In this document: positions 1-8,297 of the stretch, in pieces
Position numbering within the stretch: position 1 is the stretch's first letter
How the letters are laid out: every line of letters begins with the position of its first letter
From: a virus
Lineage: Duplodnaviria > Caudoviricetes
Virus record (IMG/VR): IMGVR_UViG_3300022178_000068
Location: 1-26,058 of that record
Reading direction: 5' to 3' (one strand)
Length of the DNA: 26,058 nucleotides
Made by a program: the position numbers and the translations under genes
Notes under the pieces: model-generated
Told to the model about the DNA's origin: nothing
Database searches by the model: none
What the model saw: the letters and a program-made list of their open reading frames with translations, nothing else

Positions 1-228
1 GCCTCGTAGTGACTCTAGCCAATCTACTTCAGTACCTTCATAACCGTTAGCTACAGCTATATCGTATGCAGAATTACCGTCTGTACCATCTACACCTGAT
101 AGGGAGGCTAGCCACTCTGATTCAGTACCAGTGTATCCCCCAGCTTTAGCTAGTTCGTATGCGGATGCACCATCTACACCATCAATACCATCTACACCGT
201 TAGTACCATCTTGACCGTCTTTACCGTC
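1..228 (-). repeat. Collagen-like G-X-D/N triplets with two GxSAY(E/D)xA...G(Y)xGTExxWLxSL units
   Basis: Translation: DGKDGQDGTNGVDGIDGVDGASAYELAKAGGYTGTESEWLASLSGVDGTDGNSAYDIAVANGYEGTEVDWLESLRG. At DNA level, accatctacacc-like units recur on the + strand. Confidence 0.9.
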
Positions 229-3200
229 TTCCGGCACTTTAAAGCCAAACTCTGGATCATCATTTATTCTATTTTCTATTGCGGTTGTACCCCAATTTAG
301 AGGCTTACGGATAAACTCATCGGCTTCCTCGTCGGTAAGCATATACCCTAAAGATTCGGCATACTCCTTTACCTGCTGTCGGGTCATGGTGGGGCGTATA
401 TCTTCTGGCTCACTAGCCACCCACTCGCCGATAGCCGCACTAATATCTTCTGTGCCGTACTTATTTAGGAACTGCTGCATCTGCGCATTGGTCAAATAAA
501 CGCCGTGGTCGTCAATACCTTTAGCACGTATAAACCCAGTTCCAACCGTGGCGGTACCGTAGCCCGGCTTTTCTTCTAGGAACTCAGATATATCTGTTTG
601 TGCGCTTTCTAATGTATCCCCAAGGAACTGCTCTGCCTGTGCATCAGTAATAATTCTACCGTTACTAAGGAACTCGTTCTTAATCTGTTCTACAGTTACA
701 GCAGGGGTACCTACATCTGTATCAGGGTCTTGTATGTCTAGTTTCAATACCGTCGCTACGTTCTCTTCCGTATCCTGCTGTACATATAAATCTGCTTCTT
801 CGTCGGTAAGAATGATGCCCTCTGCTAGCGCAGCTTCTTGCACCTCGCCTCGGTCGGTAAATAGGGGGTCAATGAAAGTGGCAATGTCGCTGGATAGGGT
901 TGTATCGGCGTCAACTGCACCCACAAAGTTTGCTATGTCAGCCTCGCTAGCTACAAACCCTAGGTCTTCAAACATCACCGACACTTCTTGACTACTGTTA
1001 TATTCTGAGTCAAAAGACAGGTCTAGTATATCTGTGCGGATAACAGAGTCTTCTAGACCAAAGTTATCTAGCACGGCTTCCACATCTGCTGCGCTACCAC
1101 CGTTACCTATTGTGTCCGCTAGTTCTAGTTGGAAAGTGGGATTCCCGTTCATTAGAATCCTACCCTCTACACTGCCCGGATCACTACTACCGGGGGCACT
1201 AGGGTCAATAATATTTAATCCCCCAACAGTACCTGCGACAGTGCCTTCGAGAATTGCCCCCAAAGTTGCGGACGTCAGTATATTTTGCGACCAGTCGCGG
1301 TCGGGGTCTAGTCCAGAGTTATATATCAACAACTCTTTAACGGCGGCTACACTGCCCTCTTCTATACCCCCAGTTACAAATTCTGAACTCATGGGTTTGA
1401 GGGTTTCGTACATTTGCAAAAATGTATTTTTCTCTTTGAGTGTGGCTGTAGACATGTCTTTACCAAATACTTTTTTGTACATGTCAGCACCACCGATACC
1501 CATGGTTAGGCCGGTAATCATCATAGAACTTATACCCACGGCATGGGCGTTCTCGGATGCAAATCTCTCCGCTTCTTCTACGGTCATGGGGGCTTCCATT
1601 TCCCCGGTCACGGCGTTAAATTTTGGGGTTGTAGCTAGGGTATAGAACTCATCGTATGCGCCGCTAGCTTCTCCGCCGTACGCCTCTGCCATGTCGATTG
1701 CTACAGCTCCAGTAAAGCCAAAAGTATTAGACATGGATGCTACAATATCGTCAGACTGCTTTAGTCCTCTACCTACAAGTTGTCCCGCGATTTTGAACCC
1801 GCCACCAAACAGTAACGTAGGTACCTCTTGTATGACTTCTTTTATAACGAGGTCTTTTACAAACATACCGGGGTAAGTGCTTATAGCTTCCCAGACTCCA
1901 TCACTCTCTAACAGCGCGTACATCTTATCGCGCTCTTGGCGGTACTCTTCGGTATGCGTGGCGTTAGCCATACCACTTATAGCATTTGTGACTTGTTGGA
2001 AAGTAGAACCCGGTATCTCTTCTTGCCCAGATTGAAAATCTTCTATCATGGCTTTGTGTATGTTTTCGTTATACTCTAACCCAGCCGCAGCATAGTGTGG
2101 CGCAGGAGACATACCTATAGGGACGTTCTTAACAGTCTCTATAAACCAATCTATACCGCCCATGAACTCGTTAGTTGCTTCAATCACGTTTACGTAGTCG
2201 TCTACAAACTGCTCGGCTGTTTTCTCCCCAACCTCGGGGTTGCCACTTATTATGCCGGAGACACTACCGGAGTAGGATAAAGTAAACCCTTCCTCCTTAT
2301 ACTTATCTAGAGTTTCCAGCATGCCCTTAGCGGTCTTGTACCACCAGTTACCCGCGACGTCTTCTCCTACGTCTTGAGGCATCTCTCCGATGGTTTTTAA
2401 CCACGCTTCGGGGTCTGTAAACAATAAAGTCTCTAGGGGATCACTTGACCCAAATACGGCTTGAAACTCTTCGGTTTGCATGGCTGGGACGGCTTCTGTT
2501 AAGTTACCCTCCGCGTCTTGCTCCTGCACGTACGTTGTGCCGTTAGCATTGGCTTCGTAGAACCTAAACCCACCATCATCCGTTTGTTCTGTTATCGTCT
2601 GGTTCTTGCGTAACTTAATGTCTCCGTTTACATACTGTACATCTTGCCCATCTGGCCCAGCAAAGGTGCCGTTTAGAGGCTTCATCTCTCCATCTACTAT
2701 CGCATACTGATTGTTATTCTCCTGTACGGTCAGTACATCGTTACCAAACCTATCCGTACCTTGTAGAACTAGTCCGTACTCGTCGTCGTAGGAAACAGAT
2801 TGCATACCCTCAGTGGACAGCACTTCCCACGTTAGTTTGCCTGATACAGGGTCAAAGGTCAGTTGCGCATCTCCAGACACCACATCTGCCCAGTCCGCAG
2901 CGCCCCCAAGTTCAATACCCATAGAACTCTTTTGGTTGCTCTCTGATACTGCTAAGTTACGTCTGTCCGCAACGGGTATTTTGGAGCCGACCGCTAACTC
3001 GTCGATGTAGTCTTCGCTAAATCCAGCCGCCTCAAGTCGCTCTTTCATGCTGTCGATGTTTTGCTCAGTAAGCACGAAGTCTTGCGCGTTACCCAGATCA
3101 GACAGCGCCATAAGAGAACTTTGCACACGCCACTTTAGTGCGCTTTCGTTGGCTATTCCGTCTTTCAGAGATTGTATGTCGTCCCCATAACGATTAGTAA

Positions 3201-6200
3201 GTTGGTTTCTGATTCTCTGAAGTTCTTCTGGAGACAGTTTGGCTGGATTTATACCCGATGCGGTTATAGCGGTGTTCATCAACTTATTAAATGCCGCGTC
3301 GTACTGCGCGGTGTACGCGTCTGCGTTAGTAGGGGTGCCGAACTGGACTCCAGAATTAATGTAATGGTCGTACGCGCTCACACCGTCAGGTATATCATAC
3401 TTCTGTCGGTACCACGCCTCGTCAAAGTTAGGGTCTATTTCCGCTACCGCTCCCTTCATCACGTCCTGATATACAGGGGCTACGTTATCGTTTAGTACGA
3501 CTGTAGCATCATTGAGGTCTACACTGGCGGCGTCAAAGTCTGTTTTGGCATCTGTAAAGTCTTGTTCCGCATCGTTCATTGTGGTTACGAAGTTGTTGTA
3601 TCTCGGCCCCGCCTCGTTAGCTATGTACATGCTATAGGATTGGAACGCGTCGTCGTAGGCGTCTTGGTCGGACTCTCTTCCTGTAGTTTCCGCCCGTACA
3701 CGTAGTACTTCCAGTGCTTCCTCTCGCCCCTGCATTTCTGCTTCGAGGGCTTTTGCACCTGTAACTGCTTGGTTATATGTAGACTGCGCAGTATTCATTC
3801 TGTCCGTAGCTAGTCTTGTCTTGGTGTACTCTCCCGTTACCTTGTCTTGGTACTGAGCAAGGTCATCAAACAAAGTACCTTCATCTATAGATTTTTGGAT
3901 AGCTTTAGTTGCGGCAGTGGCTATGGTCTGTAAGAACGCATCTGACGCATCCCCACCTAACATAGCGGAAGTCACGGCGTTTTGTATAGATTGAGTTATT
4001 AGTCTAGCGCCCGCTACGTCTTGTAAATACTCAGGAAACTGCTCTCCAATAGCATTAACAGTTATAGCCCCTGCTGACACTGCGCGAGCCATAGCCGCTT
4101 CGTCAACTTCCCCGTTGATTACCGCGTCTTGCAGCCCTTGCTCTAGTGCGTCTTTGATTCCTTCATCTAGGTTGTCAAACACGCCTCCGGTCATCTGCCC
4201 CAGTTTACTTATGGCGGACTCAATATTTGTAGTAGGTATGGCCTCGACAAACTCCCCTATTACCGTTCTAGATTCGTCACTTATCCCCGGAATTATGTTA
4301 TTCATCTCTGACAGTATGACTTTAAACCCGTCTGTGAGTCCTCCTACTGACCCCGCTGCCCACTCGGTTATTTCGTCCCAGCTAGGCAGGTTTAAATCCC
4401 CAGAGTTTATTTCGTCAGGTATAGCGTCTAATATCGGTTGTAAGTACTGGTCGTCTAGGTCTCGCCCAATTTCTCTCAGGCTATCTATAAAATCCCCACC
4501 AAGCTCTGTGTCTCGTAACCACGTAGCTACGCCGGAAGCAAACGCCTCTTCCCAGTCTTCCCCCTGCGCTAACTTGTTCATTCCTTTGTATAGTCCCTGC
4601 TTTATACCGGGATCTAGTGTATCTAGGTCTACCCCAAACTCTTCTAATGCGCCATCCATTAGGTCTGAGCCAAACTCAGAGAATACAAAGCTCATAGGGT
4701 CGCCAGTAGCGACAGCGTTAATTAGTCCTACGGTCTGAGAGTAGGACATACCGGCAAGCCCTACACCAACATTAGCGGCCCTGTGAGCATCCATTGCTGA
4801 CCTACCCACACTAGTAAACGCATCGCCCACTTTCCACGTGGCGTCTGCTGCCACCTCTGCGGCTTCGCCAGCAGCTTTTACTTCCTTAGCGCTCGCTGGG
4901 GGTGTGATAATATCAAACGCTTTTAACGCTGATAGCCCCGCAGACATGTAATCCGCTAAGGTCAACGTCTTATCATTAAATACTACATCCATCGCCGTAA
5001 CGGTTAGCGCTACCCAAGGAGATATAAAACTACTAGCGACACGAGCAAAAGCGGGCATAGCGAAAGCCTTGTCTATGCTTACATCTAAGTATTCACCCAA
5101 CCCGCCGATGGTCTCCAGCTTACCCACGTCTTTACGCAGTGCTCTGTCTTCTTCGCTAACCTCATCGTCAATGAAATACTCTGCGTAAGTATTGGTAACA
5201 TTTAGATTTCTGTAAGTTCCCGATGGGCCATATACTCCACCCGCTTTGAGCGTCTCCTCAGGAAAAAACTTAACCCTCTGGTACCCGTACTGCCCAGCAG
5301 TGGACACTGGATCGTCCCCAAAAAAGAAGTTATCATCAATTTCGTAGCTGGCGTCTTTATTAAATGCAGACCCTTTCATTTTCACTGCATACATGTCTTC
5401 TGTGGTTTTGCTGCCTCCTTGAGGTGACCCCGCAGGTAGTATGTACACATGGTCGTACTCGCCTGACTGCTCCATGTTACTCATTACAAATTGCTTGTAT
5501 TGCTTTGTAGCCTCGTCCCCAACTATCGCGTCGATCTGAGCATCGGTATATTTACGTGCGCCCCCGCGACTTGTCTGGTTCTCTAATTCTTGTCTACGTC
5601 CGGGGGGTTCCAGCATACCCTTTTCGTACATCTTGAACGCTTGGACGTTCTTGTCCTTCAGGCTCAAGCTATTCCACGCCTCGTCGTACTTCTCTGGGGC
5701 CAAGAGCTGTATTATATTTAGTTCTATTAGCTTATTGTCGTGGTACTCTACTGCTTTTTTGTCGTACGCTACTTGGAAGTCGTCTAATATCCCACCAAAG
5801 ACCGCAGCCTCTTCATAGCGGGACTTCATGGTGTCTTCCCACTTAGTCCTGTTTTGCGCACTAAAGGTAGCGTTATTGCCTGTAGACGATCCACCAACAT
5901 TTGTAGAAAGCGCGGACTTGTTTAGGATCTCTCCAGCTTCTTCGATAGAGTACCCAACTTTGATAAGCTCATCCATCATGCCGAAGTTATCGACTATCAT
6001 GTCACGGATCATGTTGGTACTTTGAGCTACGCCGTCGTAGTTACTGTTATGCCAATCCCTAGTGCCAGAGAACTCTGCGGCATAGTCAGCGTTGGACATA
6101 CCTCCAGTAGGAACAGTTGACCTACCAACGCCATAGTTACTGTCCAAGTCGTAAAGGCCAGCTCTATACGCATCTACAGCAGCGTTAAAGTCAGCGGAGT

Positions 6201-6582
6201 TGGGTTTGTGTCCTTGGTAACGCTGTTCTGGTAAGGTAAACGCGGGGTCTCCCGAGTAATCGGGCACTTCGTTCCCGTACGCTTCAGCCATGCTGCCCTG
6301 CGGGCCGGTACCAAAAGAACCAAAGAAGTTTCTACTGTAGTCTCCGTAAGTGTCATCAACATCTCTAGCTACGTTTTGTAGCCCGTAGTGCGGACTATCT
6401 ACATAACCACCTTCAGGGCGACCCATCATCCTACTCATGTGGGCAAAACGCTGAGACATAGACTGCCAATATAAATTTTGGTTCGGAGAACCCTGCCCGC
6501 CGTATCTCGGTAGTGGATTTCCTTGTCCATCTGTGCCGTCGCGGCTCATAAAGGTGCCAGAGGTTCTGTTGTAGTAAGACAT
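1..6582 (-). CDS. Giant (>=2194 aa, 3'-truncated) acidic virion protein, probable internal/ejection protein with C-terminal repeats and collagen-like segments
   Basis: ATG at 6582 lies 1 nt past the TAA of the upstream gene (MSYYNRTSGTFMSRDG...). Hand-translated blocks at both ends and several interior blocks are open in this frame, ending ...GYEGTEVDWLESLRG at base 1. The ORF track lists no stop-terminated ORF from this ATG, consistent with no in-frame stop. Its position after the tail genes is typical of podovirus ejection proteins. Confidence 0.9.
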   Translation of the reverse strand, partial: MSYYNRTSGTFMSRDGTDGQGNPLPRYGGQGSPNQNLYWQSMSQRFAHMSRMMGRPEGGYVDSPHYGLQNVARDVDDTYGDYSRNFFGSFGTGPQGSMAEAYGNEVPDYSGDPAFTLPEQRYQGHKPNSADFNAAVDAYRAGLYDLDSNYGVGRSTVPTGGMSNADYAAEFSGTRDWHNSNYDGVAQSTNMIRDMIVDNFGMMDELIKVGYSIEEAGEILNKSALSTNVGGSSTGNNATFSAQNRTKWEDTMKSRYEEAAVFGGILDDFQVAYDKKAVEYHDNKLIELNIIQLLAPEKYDEAWNSLSLKDKNVQAFKMYEKGMLEPPGRRQELENQTSRGGARKYTDAQIDAIVGDEATKQYKQFVMSNMEQSGEYDHVYILPAGSPQGGSKTTEDMYAVKMKGSAFNKDASYEIDDNFFFGDDPVSTAGQYGYQRVKFFPEETLKAGGVYGPSGTYRNLNVTNTYAEYFIDDEVSEEDRALRKDVGKLETIGGLGEYLDVSIDKAFAMPAFARVASSFISPWVALTVTAMDVVFNDKTLTLADYMSAGLSALKAFDIITPPASAKEVKAAGEAAEVAADATWKVGDAFTSVGRSAMDAHRAANVGVGLAGMSYSQTVGLINAVATGDPMSFVFSEFGSDLMDGALEEFGVDLDTLDPGIKQGLYKGMNKLAQGEDWEEAFASGVATWLRDTELGGDFIDSLREIGRDLDDQYLQPILDAIPDEINSGDLNLPSWDEITEWAAGSVGGLTDGFKVILSEMNNIIPGISDESRTVIGEFVEAIPTTNIESAISKLGQMTGGVFDNLDEGIKDALEQGLQDAVINGEVDEAAMARAVSAGAITVNAIGEQFPEYLQDVAGARLITQSIQNAVTSAMLGGDASDAFLQTIATAATKAIQKSIDEGTLFDDLAQYQDKVTGEYTKTRLATDRMNTAQSTYNQAVTGAKALEAEMQGREEALEVLRVRAETTGRESDQDAYDDAFQSYSMYIANEAGPRYNNFVTTMNDAEQDFTDAKTDFDAASVDLNDATVVLNDNVAPVYQDVMKGAVAEIDPNFDEAWYRQKYDIPDGVSAYDHYINSGVQFGTPTNADAYTAQYDAAFNKLMNTAITASGINPAKLSPEELQRIRNQLTNRYGDDIQSLKDGIANESALKWRVQSSLMALSDLGNAQDFVLTEQNIDSMKERLEAAGFSEDYIDELAVGSKIPVADRRNLAVSESNQKSSMGIELGGAADWADVVSGDAQLTFDPVSGKLTWEVLSTEGMQSVSYDDEYGLVLQGTDRFGNDVLTVQENNNQYAIVDGEMKPLNGTFAGPDGQDVQYVNGDIKLRKNQTITEQTDDGGFRFYEANANGTTYVQEQDAEGNLTEAVPAMQTEEFQAVFGSSDPLETLLFTDPEAWLKTIGEMPQDVGEDVAGNWWYKTAKGMLETLDKYKEEGFTLSYSGSVSGIISGNPEVGEKTAEQFVDDYVNVIEATNEFMGGIDWFIETVKNVPIGMSPAPHYAAAGLEYNENIHKAMIEDFQSGQEEIPGSTFQQVTNAISGMANATHTEEYRQERDKMYALLESDGVWEAISTYPGMFVKDLVIKEVIQEVPTLLFGGGFKIAGQLVGRGLKQSDDIVASMSNTFGFTGAVAIDMAEAYGGEASGAYDEFYTLATTPKFNAVTGEMEAPMTVEEAERFASENAHAVGISSMMITGLTMGIGGADMYKKVFGKDMSTATLKEKNTFLQMYETLKPMSSEFVTGGIEEGSVAAVKELLIYNSGLDPDRDWSQNILTSATLGAILEGTVAGTVGGLNIIDPSAPGSSDPGSVEGRILMNGNPTFQLELADTIGNGGSAADVEAVLDNFGLEDSVIRTDILDLSFDSEYNSSQEVSVMFEDLGFVASEADIANFVGAVDADTTLSSDIATFIDPLFTDRGEVQEAALAEGIILTDEEADLYVQQDTEENVATVLKLDIQDPDTDVGTPAVTVEQIKNEFLSNGRIITDAQAEQFLGDTLESAQTDISEFLEEKPGYGTATVGTGFIRAKGIDDHGVYLTNAQMQQFLNKYGTEDISAAIGEWVASEPEDIRPTMTRQQVKEYAESLGYMLTDEEADEFIRKPLNWGTTAIENRINDDPEFGFKVPEDGKDGQDGTNGVDGIDGVDGASAYELAKAGGYTGTESEWLASLSGVDGTDGNSAYDIAVANGYEGTEVDWLESLRG
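241..1000 (-). repeat. Five degenerate ~50-aa repeats within the giant ORF
   Basis: Cores: LGFVASEADIANFV, EGIILTDEEADLYV, NGRIITDAQAEQFL, HGVYLTNAQMQQFL, LGYMLTDEEADEFI, about 150 nt apart. Confidence 0.7.
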
Positions 6583-6583
6583 A

Positions 6584-7372
6584 TTAGTTTTTTACCAGTA
6601 ATCCAGTGAATGACGCGGATATATCGTTACTACCCGTGCCGTCAATAGTGCCCCTACATTCTATATCAGTCTTCTCCGGTATAGCTAGGGGTCTAGAAAA
6701 CGGAGCGTCTAGCAGGGTTGAGCGGAGTGCATGTTTGTACAAGCTAACCCACGCGTCACTATTGTAAGCCCTAGTGACAAAATTAACTAGTCCTCGGTTA
6801 GTAACGCTGGCGCGTATAGCAGTTTTAAACTGTATTAGGTCTATGTACAAAGTATGTCCGGCAGGTACCGTATATATCGCTGCGGCGGATTGATTGTCTG
6901 GAGCTTGTAATGAGTTATCTATTCGCAAGTAGTAAGTGCCTGTAGGTATTCCATTAGTGGCCCCACTGTCAGCTAGGTATATATCGCCGAATTGGTGTCC
7001 ATTACTTCCCACGGTAAGTGCTTCCATCTTAAAAACACGTAGGTAGGTGTTGGCTGTCGCCGCTTGTGTTCTACCCTGCATAGTTATGTCTTCTGATACT
7101 AAGTTGTAGTCTCCGTCCAACCCTGTTATTCGCATACTGCGTATACCTGTCTGTACCCCCGAATCCCCATCGTCGTTACCGGAACCACTACTAAGATACA
7201 TGGTCTGTGCAGAAGAAGGGTAAGGCTGTAAGACTCTCGATCCGTCTGTCCACATTATGGTCTCTTCTATGTCACCTCTAATCTGCGGGTTTACGGCCCA
7301 CACAAAGATTGGAGTAGCGCCTTCTACCTGCCCTTTTGCGACTTGTAACTTGTACGGTTCTAAAGTAGCCAT
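6584..7372 (-). CDS. Virion protein, possibly fibre/receptor-binding; paralog of 7374..8297
   Basis: 262 aa, beta-rich, in the tail module. Shares QVAxG, YPSSA, GLDxDYxxVSExITMxGxTQ, GDIY and YTVPAGHTLY with its neighbour. Confidence 0.7.
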   Translation of the reverse strand: MATLEPYKLQVAKGQVEGATPIFVWAVNPQIRGDIEETIMWTDGSRVLQPYPSSAQTMYLSSGSGNDDGDSGVQTGIRSMRITGLDGDYNLVSEDITMQGRTQAATANTYLRVFKMEALTVGSNGHQFGDIYLADSGATNGIPTGTYYLRIDNSLQAPDNQSAAAIYTVPAGHTLYIDLIQFKTAIRASVTNRGLVNFVTRAYNSDAWVSLYKHALRSTLLDAPFSRPLAIPEKTDIECRGTIDGTGSNDISASFTGLLVKN

Positions 7373-7373
7373 A

Positions 7374-8297
7374 TTAGTTCTGTATTAGTATCCCGGTAAA
7401 GTTACCGCCCACTTCGTCTGCGTTGGCGTTAGTACAGTAACTACGTAGTTCTATATCTGTCTTTTCGTCAAACTTATAGTAGTTAGGGAACGGTATATCT
7501 AGAAGATTTGCGCGGAGAGCGTGCTCTATAAACTCCACAAACGGTTTGTCGCTACCAAACTCCCTATAGGCCGCTGCCACAATGTTAAACCCGCTTATGG
7601 TTGCCCGGTTGTCCGCCTTTATCTGTATCAAGTCCATATACAAGGTATGTCCGGCGGGCACTGTGTATACCGCTGCTTGGGATATGTTAATCGCAGATAT
7701 GTCGTCGGATTCCATGACTAGATACGTAGTACCTGTAGGTACCCCACTAGATGCTCCGGTAGTAGCCACGTATATATCCCCTGCGTTCTTCTCTCCAGAC
7801 CCAGCGGTTACTGTGGTTATTTTGAACAGTCGTATATAACTCTTAGAGCTTTCTACCTGAGTTTGCCCGTTCATAGTAATAGTCTCAGACACCGCGGCGT
7901 AGTCAGCATCCAACCCCTCTAGCAAAAGGGTACGCGCCCCCGTCCCTGCGGAGGTATCATTGGCGTTAGCACTACTAATAAACACCGTAGCCGCAGAGGA
8001 GGGGTACTGCATGAGGCCGCCTTGGTACTGTAATGTTTCAGTAGCGTTCTGCGCCATATCATGGTTAAACCCATACACGTATACAGAAGACGCCCCAGCT
8101 ATCTCTCCCCTAGCCACCTGCTCATTATACGGTACATCTACTGCCGCAATATTACGTAGAGCGTTGTCTAGTTGGTTGAAGTATTGACGTAGTATACGGT
8201 TGTGTTCGTTTGTTGCCCTTGGACTATATTCTGACTTAGCATTAGGTAGAGATGGAGCAACAAACGGTATGTTGTACTTAGTAGTATCGCCCGGCAT
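7374..8297 (-). CDS. Virion protein, possibly fibre/receptor-binding, with an extra N-terminal helical segment
   Basis: 307 aa, TAATG-coupled to the nozzle-like gene. The N-terminal LPNAKSEYS...LRQYFNQLDN segment is absent from the downstream paralog. Confidence 0.7.
   Translation of the reverse strand: MPGDTTKYNIPFVAPSLPNAKSEYSPRATNEHNRILRQYFNQLDNALRNIAAVDVPYNEQVARGEIAGASSVYVYGFNHDMAQNATETLQYQGGLMQYPSSAATVFISSANANDTSAGTGARTLLLEGLDADYAAVSETITMNGQTQVESSKSYIRLFKITTVTAGSGEKNAGDIYVATTGASSGVPTGTTYLVMESDDISAINISQAAVYTVPAGHTLYMDLIQIKADNRATISGFNIVAAAYREFGSDKPFVEFIEHALRANLLDIPFPNYYKFDEKTDIELRSYCTNANADEVGGNFTGILIQN

Noticed and set aside
734-6025. Plus-strand ORFs such as 1034..1645 and 4115..4738
   Set aside because: They are Ser/Ile/Pro-rich antisense shadows of the giant minus-strand ORF with no recognisable motifs.
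1-6582. Stop-codon reassignment or a non-coding island to explain the lack of minus-strand ORFs
   Set aside because: The frame is open in the standard code and only lacks a stop inside the window. TAA, TAG and TGA all end genes elsewhere in the window.
6584-8297. Diversity-generating retroelement template/variable repeat pair
   Set aside because: Similarity spans the whole genes at protein level, differences are not adenine-specific, and there is no reverse transcriptase in the window.
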